Part shown: one piece after another, positions 15,855 through 20,000 of the stretch | Layout: each line of letters begins with the position of its first letter | How positions within the stretch are numbered: position 1 is the first letter of the stretch | From: an uncultured virus (IMG/VR IMGVR_UViG_3300011008_000093) | Taxonomy: Duplodnaviria > Heunggongvirae > Uroviricota > Caudoviricetes | DNA length: 20,000 nucleotides | IMG/VR virus record: IMGVR_UViG_3300011008_000093 | Direction: 5' to 3' (one strand) | Position numbers and translations under genes: made by a program | The notes under the pieces: generated by a model | Databases searched by the model: none | Told to the model about the DNA's origin: nothing | Seen by the model: the letters and a program-made list of their open reading frames with translations, nothing else

Positions 15855-15882
15855 CTCCATAAAACAAGGTGTAAAATGTGCG
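15855..15882 (-). promoter_or_regulatory. 28-bp conserved motif, copy 3
   Basis: CGCACATTTTACACCTTGTTTTATGGAG, ending 28 nt upstream of the 15827 start codon. Confidence 0.7.
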
Positions 15883-15888
15883 GATCAC

Positions 15889-16416
15889 TCACCTTCCTAT
15901 TTTATCGTTGATATAATTTTGGTATCCGATACGTTTCATCATCCAGGAAAAATCCTCATCTTCCGACCAACCATCATCAAGGCGAAGACGATTTGTCATC
16001 ATTAACGCCAAATCATAATCTTCATTTTGTATTGCGTCTTCTATTTCCAGACTAAGTTCATTCAAGTACGCCACTTGCTCATTGTGTGCCTTCAATTTTA
16101 AATAACGGGTTCGTGCAACATACCCCCAGACAACTGTATTAAATAATAGTACCGCAATGATAAGTGCTATGACAGCTTTTTTATTGAATGATTTTTCTTT
16201 TTGTTCATGCGCGTAAGTCATTTTTTTATCTTCAAGACTATATTCATTTTTAAGTTTGACCCGTTGTGTTTTTTCTTTTTCCACAAAGACATCGGCAATA
16301 CCGTCAAAATCTATTGACAGTTTATTTCCGCAGTAAGGACAGTATACCTGCAGCCGATCGAGATTAAGATCCAATTCTGCACCGCAATGATTACAAATCA
16401 TTTCAACAAGCCGCAT
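15889..16416 (-). CDS. Zinc-ribbon membrane protein
   Basis: N-terminal CNHCG...CPYCG zinc ribbon, a coiled region and one transmembrane helix (AVIALIIAVLLFNTVVWGYV). AAGGAG RBS. Confidence 0.75.
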   Translation of the reverse strand: MRLVEMICNHCGAELDLNLDRLQVYCPYCGNKLSIDFDGIADVFVEKEKTQRVKLKNEYSLEDKKMTYAHEQKEKSFNKKAVIALIIAVLLFNTVVWGYVARTRYLKLKAHNEQVAYLNELSLEIEDAIQNEDYDLALMMTNRLRLDDGWSEDEDFSWMMKRIGYQNYINDKIGR

Positions 16417-16430
16417 GTTTTTATACTCCT

Positions 16431-16586
16431 TTATTTCTTGTCAGGAAGAGATTGAAACACTTTAACAATAGAAAGCACAGCAGCTGCTAGAGCTCCAACA
16501 TCGTCCACAACAATCGGAAACGGATCAGGCGCTATGACATATCCGATACATAAAACTGCAACCACAATGAGCAATATCTTTTTCAT
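16431..16586 (-). CDS. Small membrane protein, YkvA/DUF1232-like
   Basis: Likely start MKKILL (16586) after GAGG. 'YVIAPDPFP.VVDD' flanked by two hydrophobic helices resembles the DUF1232 motif Y..SP.D.IP...DD. Confidence 0.6.
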   Translation of the reverse strand: MKKILLIVVAVLCIGYVIAPDPFPIVVDDVGALAAAVLSIVKVFQSLPDKK

Positions 16587-16675
16587 GATCCTCTTTCTCC
16601 CAACAGCATTTATTTTAAAAATATCCACTGACAGTCTACCACATCATAGAAGAAAAAGGAAGCGCAAAAAATCCA

Positions 16676-16945
16676 GCCTGGTCAAAAGCCCACTTTTATT
16701 TGGAAAACTTTTTATATAATATTATTTTTTTATCACAACTAATAAGAAAAATAAGTGGGTTTTTGGCCAGAAACGCCGGAAACCCTTACCGTTTAAGGGT
16801 TTTAGCTGGCCAAAACCGAAAATATTTTTGGCCATTTGCCCACTTTTTTTGGCCATTTTTCGCAGATGGACCCTTGATTTATACCGTCCGCACCCTACTT
16901 TCCAGCTGCTGGCCAGTTTTACTTTTGAATTTTTGGCCAGAAACA
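16676..16945. repeat. Iteron-like repeat region (candidate replication origin)
   Basis: TGGCCA at 16764, 16807, 16829, 16850, 16910 and 16934. TTTTGGCCAGAAAC exact at 16761 and 16931. GCCCACTTTT at 16688 and 16838. Inverted repeat AAACCCTTA-CCGTT-TAAGGGTTT. AT-rich tract at 16700-16753. Confidence 0.6.
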
Positions 16946-16965
16946 TCCATCCGTTTTCACTCTTT

Positions 16966-19413
16966 TCAGGTCGCGGACTCCAGCAAAGTCGGCCTCACAT
17001 TGCACAGATCATGCTCAATCGCCCATCGGCGAATCGCCCCCATGCCGACAATTTTATATTCCTTATTATTAGAAATATCCAGCAATGTCGGGGCCTGTGT
17101 GATCTGATACTTCCGGACCAGATCCTCATGATCCTCTGCAAAAATCTTTTCGTACTTTACTTCGTTTTCATTCAAAAAGCGTTCCGCTGCTTTGCAGTTC
17201 GGACAGGTTTTTGTGGCAAAGAGATAGATTGTTCTTTCCGGAGAATATCCAGATGTTTTGACCAAGGTATCGACCAGAGTTTCCGTATCCAGTTCAATTC
17301 CAAGATCACATCCTTTGATATAATCCGAAGTTGTAGAGTCGAGCGAAATCGGTCTCACGTCATACACCTTTCTGTCCCGAAACTCCTGGGTCTTTCCATC
17401 GTTCCAATTCTGGACCGGACGATAATATCCCGTGATTCGGCTGTAAACTTCCGCAGATTCTCCACAATACGGACAAACCGGCTGCTCTCCTGTCAAATAT
17501 CCATGGTCTTTACAGACGGAATAGGTGGGACTGAGCGTATAGTACGGTAGTTTATAGTTCTCCGCGATGATCCGCACCAATTGAGCAGCGGCCTTCCAAT
17601 TCGGCAGTTTCTCTCCCAGGAAGGCATGGAACACGGTTCCGGACGTATAAAGCGTCTGCAGGTCGTCCTGAATATCCAGGGCGGTAAAAACGTCTTCCGT
17701 GAAGCCAACCGGCAGATGACTGGAATTGGTATAGTAAGGCGTACCATTCATATTGGCTGTCAAAATATCAGGATAGCGTTCTTTGTCATGTTTGGCCAGG
17801 CGATAGGCTGTAGATTCCGCAGGAGTAGCTTCCAGGTTGTACAAATCACCGTATTCTTCCTGATAATCGCTGAGTTTGGTCCGCATATGGTTTAGAACGT
17901 TCTTAGCGAAATTTTGCGCTTCGGGGTGAGTCAAATCTTTACCGAGCCAATTGGCATTCAGAGCAGCTTCATTCATACCTACAAGGCCAATGGTGGAGAA
18001 GTGATTTTCAAAGGTTCCTAAATATCTCTTTGTATAAGGATACAAACCGGCTTCCATCAGCTGTGTTACTACTTTCCTCTTGGTTTTCAGAGACCGAGCA
18101 GAAATATCCATCAGTTTATCCAGACGTTCGTAAAAGTCTGTCTCATTTTCGGACAGGTAAGCAAGTCGTGGAAGATTCAGGGTGACGACGCCGATACTAC
18201 CGGTACTTTCTCCGGAGCCAAAGAATCCACCGCTCTTTTTCCGCAGTTCACGAAGGTCCAGACGCAGTCTGCAGCACATGGAACGAACGTCATTGGGCTC
18301 CATATCCGAATTAATATAGTTGGAGAAATAGGGGGTGCCATACTTGGCGGTCATTTCGAAGAGAAGCTTGTTGTTTTCAGTGTCGCTCCAGTCAAAGTTT
18401 TTGGTGATGGAATAGGTCGGAATCGGATACTGGAATCCGCGTCCATTGGCGTCACCTTCGATCATGACCTCAATGAAGGCTTTGTTTACCATATCCATTT
18501 CTTTCTGACATTCACCATAAGTGAAATCCTGTTCCACACCGGAAACGATAGCTGGAAGATCGGTAAGATCCGCAGGGCAGACCCAATCCAACGTAATGTT
18601 GCTGAACGGCGCCTGGGTTCCCCAGCGGGAAGGTGTGTTCACGCCATAAATAAAAGACTGGACACACTGCTTGACTTCTTTATAGGACAAATTATCTTTC
18701 TTCACAAACGCAGCAAGATAAGTGTCAAAAGAAGAAAACGCCTGAGCGCCGGCCCATTCATTCTGCATGATTCCCAGAAAATTCACCATCTGATTACATA
18801 AAGTGGACAAATGTGCAGCGGGCGAAGAAGTGATCTTCCCGGGAACGCCGCCAAGACCTTCCTGAATCAGCTGTTTCAGGCTCCAACCCGCACAATATCC
18901 GGTGAGCATACTCAGATCATGGATGTGAATGTCTGCGTTTCGATGCGCGTCCGCAATCTCTTTGTCATAGATTTCACTGAGCCAATAGTTTGCCGTAATT
19001 GCTCCCGAATTGGAGAGGATCAGACCGCCCACAGAATATGTTACGGTTGAGTTTTCCTTTACCCGCCAGTCATTGACTCCAAGATAATCATCAACCACAT
19101 GCTTGTAACCCAGAAGAGAAGCGTTGGTTTCCCGAACTTTTCCGTGTTGATACCGGTACCGAATATAATGTTTGGCGGTTTCATAAGCACCAGTCTCCAT
19201 CAGCTTGGTCTCTACCAGATCCTGAATCTCTTCAACAGTCAGAGTCCGTCCTGCAAATAAAGCATATTCAAAAATATCAGAGGAAATTTGGGCGATCTGT
19301 TCTGAATTCAATTCCTCGTTCCACGTGGCAGCATAATTTGCTTTTTCGATGGCCGCTGCTATTTTGTTCTGGTCAAATATCACTTCTGTGCCGTCTCGTT
19401 TGATAATAGTCAA
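16966..19413 (-). CDS. nrdD: Anaerobic (class III) ribonucleoside-triphosphate reductase with N-terminal ATP cone and C-terminal glutaredoxin/NrdH-like domain
   Basis: ATP cone (IIKRDG...FD..KI..AI), HIHDL, SMCCRL, EATPAES, Zn site C..HGY...CPYCG and glycyl-radical motif YSRITGYYRPV. Extra C-terminal 'IYLFATKTCPNC...QAPTL' domain. TTG start after AAGGAGG. Confidence 0.93.
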   Translation of the reverse strand: MTIIKRDGTEVIFDQNKIAAAIEKANYAATWNEELNSEQIAQISSDIFEYALFAGRTLTVEEIQDLVETKLMETGAYETAKHYIRYRYQHGKVRETNASLLGYKHVVDDYLGVNDWRVKENSTVTYSVGGLILSNSGAITANYWLSEIYDKEIADAHRNADIHIHDLSMLTGYCAGWSLKQLIQEGLGGVPGKITSSPAAHLSTLCNQMVNFLGIMQNEWAGAQAFSSFDTYLAAFVKKDNLSYKEVKQCVQSFIYGVNTPSRWGTQAPFSNITLDWVCPADLTDLPAIVSGVEQDFTYGECQKEMDMVNKAFIEVMIEGDANGRGFQYPIPTYSITKNFDWSDTENNKLLFEMTAKYGTPYFSNYINSDMEPNDVRSMCCRLRLDLRELRKKSGGFFGSGESTGSIGVVTLNLPRLAYLSENETDFYERLDKLMDISARSLKTKRKVVTQLMEAGLYPYTKRYLGTFENHFSTIGLVGMNEAALNANWLGKDLTHPEAQNFAKNVLNHMRTKLSDYQEEYGDLYNLEATPAESTAYRLAKHDKERYPDILTANMNGTPYYTNSSHLPVGFTEDVFTALDIQDDLQTLYTSGTVFHAFLGEKLPNWKAAAQLVRIIAENYKLPYYTLSPTYSVCKDHGYLTGEQPVCPYCGESAEVYSRITGYYRPVQNWNDGKTQEFRDRKVYDVRPISLDSTTSDYIKGCDLGIELDTETLVDTLVKTSGYSPERTIYLFATKTCPNCKAAERFLNENEVKYEKIFAEDHEDLVRKYQITQAPTLLDISNNKEYKIVGMGAIRRWAIEHDLCNVRPTLLESAT

Positions 19414-19449
19414 ATGAACTCCTCCTTAAAAATAAAAGTAAATGTATAA

Positions 19450-19498
19450 GTCGGCGCCCCAGCATCGAAAACCGACACCGGGGCGCAACATTATAACA
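19450..19498 (-). promoter_or_regulatory. Extended -10 element and 5'-leader hairpin upstream of nrdD
   Basis: Minus-strand TGTTATAAT (19498-19490), followed by the 14-bp stem GCGCCCCGGTGTCG-GTTTT-CGATGCTGGGGCGC and a T-rich tract. Confidence 0.5.
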
Positions 19499-19508
19499 TT
19501 ATTTGGAT

Positions 19509-19712
19509 TTACTCAGATTTTTCTGAGCCGTTATTTTGTGTGTCGAGTCCGCACACCCTAAGAAACGCTTCGATGTATGCTTCGGTGAGTTTGATCGCCT
19601 CTTCGTTTGTAGCACCGGAGGTTTTCAGCGTGTGATAAAATATCAATGTCATTTCGGCGATTGTGCCGATAGCATTGATCAGATTTTTCAGGTGATCCTT
19701 GTCGTTTTTCAT
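19509..19712 (-). CDS. Small helical hypothetical protein
   Basis: ORF 19509..19721; the likely start is MKNDK (19712) with GGGAG upstream. 'G.T.EEA..LT' helical pattern. Confidence 0.65.
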   Translation of the reverse strand: MKNDKDHLKNLINAIGTIAEMTLIFYHTLKTSGATNEEAIKLTEAYIEAFLRVCGLDTQNNGSEKSE

Positions 19713-19755
19713 AGTGTACATCTCCCTGGTTAGGTTTTTTTACGTAATCCATGAT

Positions 19756-20000
19756 TTATTTTTCCTTTTCTTTCCCTTCATCGGCCGCTTCTTCCAGAGC
19801 CATGCCGATTATGGCATAAACGACCGTCTTCTGCTTTTCCGTCAGTGTGTCGAATACGTTCCGCAGAATCTTCCATTCGGAATCCTCTTCCTTTTCTTTC
19901 CCTTCCAGAGCCGCGCCGATCATGGCATAAACGACCGTCTTCTGCTTTTCCGTCAGTGTGTCGAATACGTCCTGCAGAGTCTCCCCTTCGGAATCCTCTT
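19756..20000 (-). CDS. 3' end of an ORF made of two tandem copies of the capsid scaffold segment (start outside window)
   Basis: The frame is open from the window edge to TAA at 19756-19758: ...EDSEGETLQDVFDTLTEKQKTVVYAMIGAALEGKEKEEDSEWKILRNVFDTLTEKQKTVVYAIIGMALEEAADEGKEKEK*. Confidence 0.6.
   Translation of the reverse strand, partial: EDSEGETLQDVFDTLTEKQKTVVYAMIGAALEGKEKEEDSEWKILRNVFDTLTEKQKTVVYAIIGMALEEAADEGKEKEK
19768..20000. repeat. Two direct-repeat copies of capsid gene segment 2024-2146
   Basis: 19902-20000 equals 2047-2145 exactly (99 bp). 19768-19890 matches 2024-2146 with 8 mismatches over 123 bp. Confidence 0.92.

Noticed and set aside
15371..15882. 28-bp repeats as a CRISPR array (with the Cas4-like nuclease nearby)
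   Set aside because: The repeats are degenerate and separated by 143-285 nt containing ORFs and terminators. The nuclease is a common stand-alone phage type, and no cas1 or cas2 is present.
16700..17107. ORFs across the repeat region (16700..17107 +, 16722..16946 -)
   Set aside because: The translations just reflect the TGGCCA repeats, with no RBS and non-ATG starts.
19558..19752. 64-aa minus-strand ORF
   Set aside because: It overlaps 19509..19712 out of frame, and the latter has the better RBS and more protein-like sequence.
19768..20000. Capsid repeat as a diversity-generating retroelement TR/VR pair
   Set aside because: Mismatches are not confined to adenines of either copy (T/G, T/C and G/A differences occur). 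One copy is identical to the capsid, the target is not a C-terminal variable region, and no reverse transcriptase is in the window.

Overview
This window is part of a tailed dsDNA phage (siphovirus-type) genome, with essentially all real genes on the minus strand. Strong GGAGG ribosome-binding sites and a class III ribonucleotide reductase suggest an anaerobic Firmicutes host (inference). In transcription order (right to left), 20000-15400 is an early/accessory region. It holds a truncated ORF carrying two tandem copies of part of the capsid gene, nrdD with a C-terminal glutaredoxin-like domain, a TGGCCA/GCCCACTTTT repeat region (candidate origin), and small membrane-protein cassettes each preceded by a conserved 28-bp motif. 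Next (15400-10900) is an operon ending in a 920-aa single-subunit two-barrel (DFDGD) RNA polymerase. Then 10580-8570 contains a candidate packaging site, a 150-nt hairpin, a probable small terminase, an HNH nuclease, about 600 nt of structured non-coding sequence and a tRNA-Ile(UAU). Finally 8530-1 is the head/neck module: connector, terminase, phosphoesterase, portal, protease-capsid fusion, neck proteins and the start of the major tail protein. The most interesting hypothesis is a self-contained transcription system. The polymerase shares an N-terminal L-x-H-Y-G-V tag with two head-module proteins, and L-x-H also recurs in the capsid precursor. This suggests virion packaging and protease maturation of the polymerase, which may then read the 28-bp motif as its promoter. 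No database searches were run; family calls rest on motifs and synteny.
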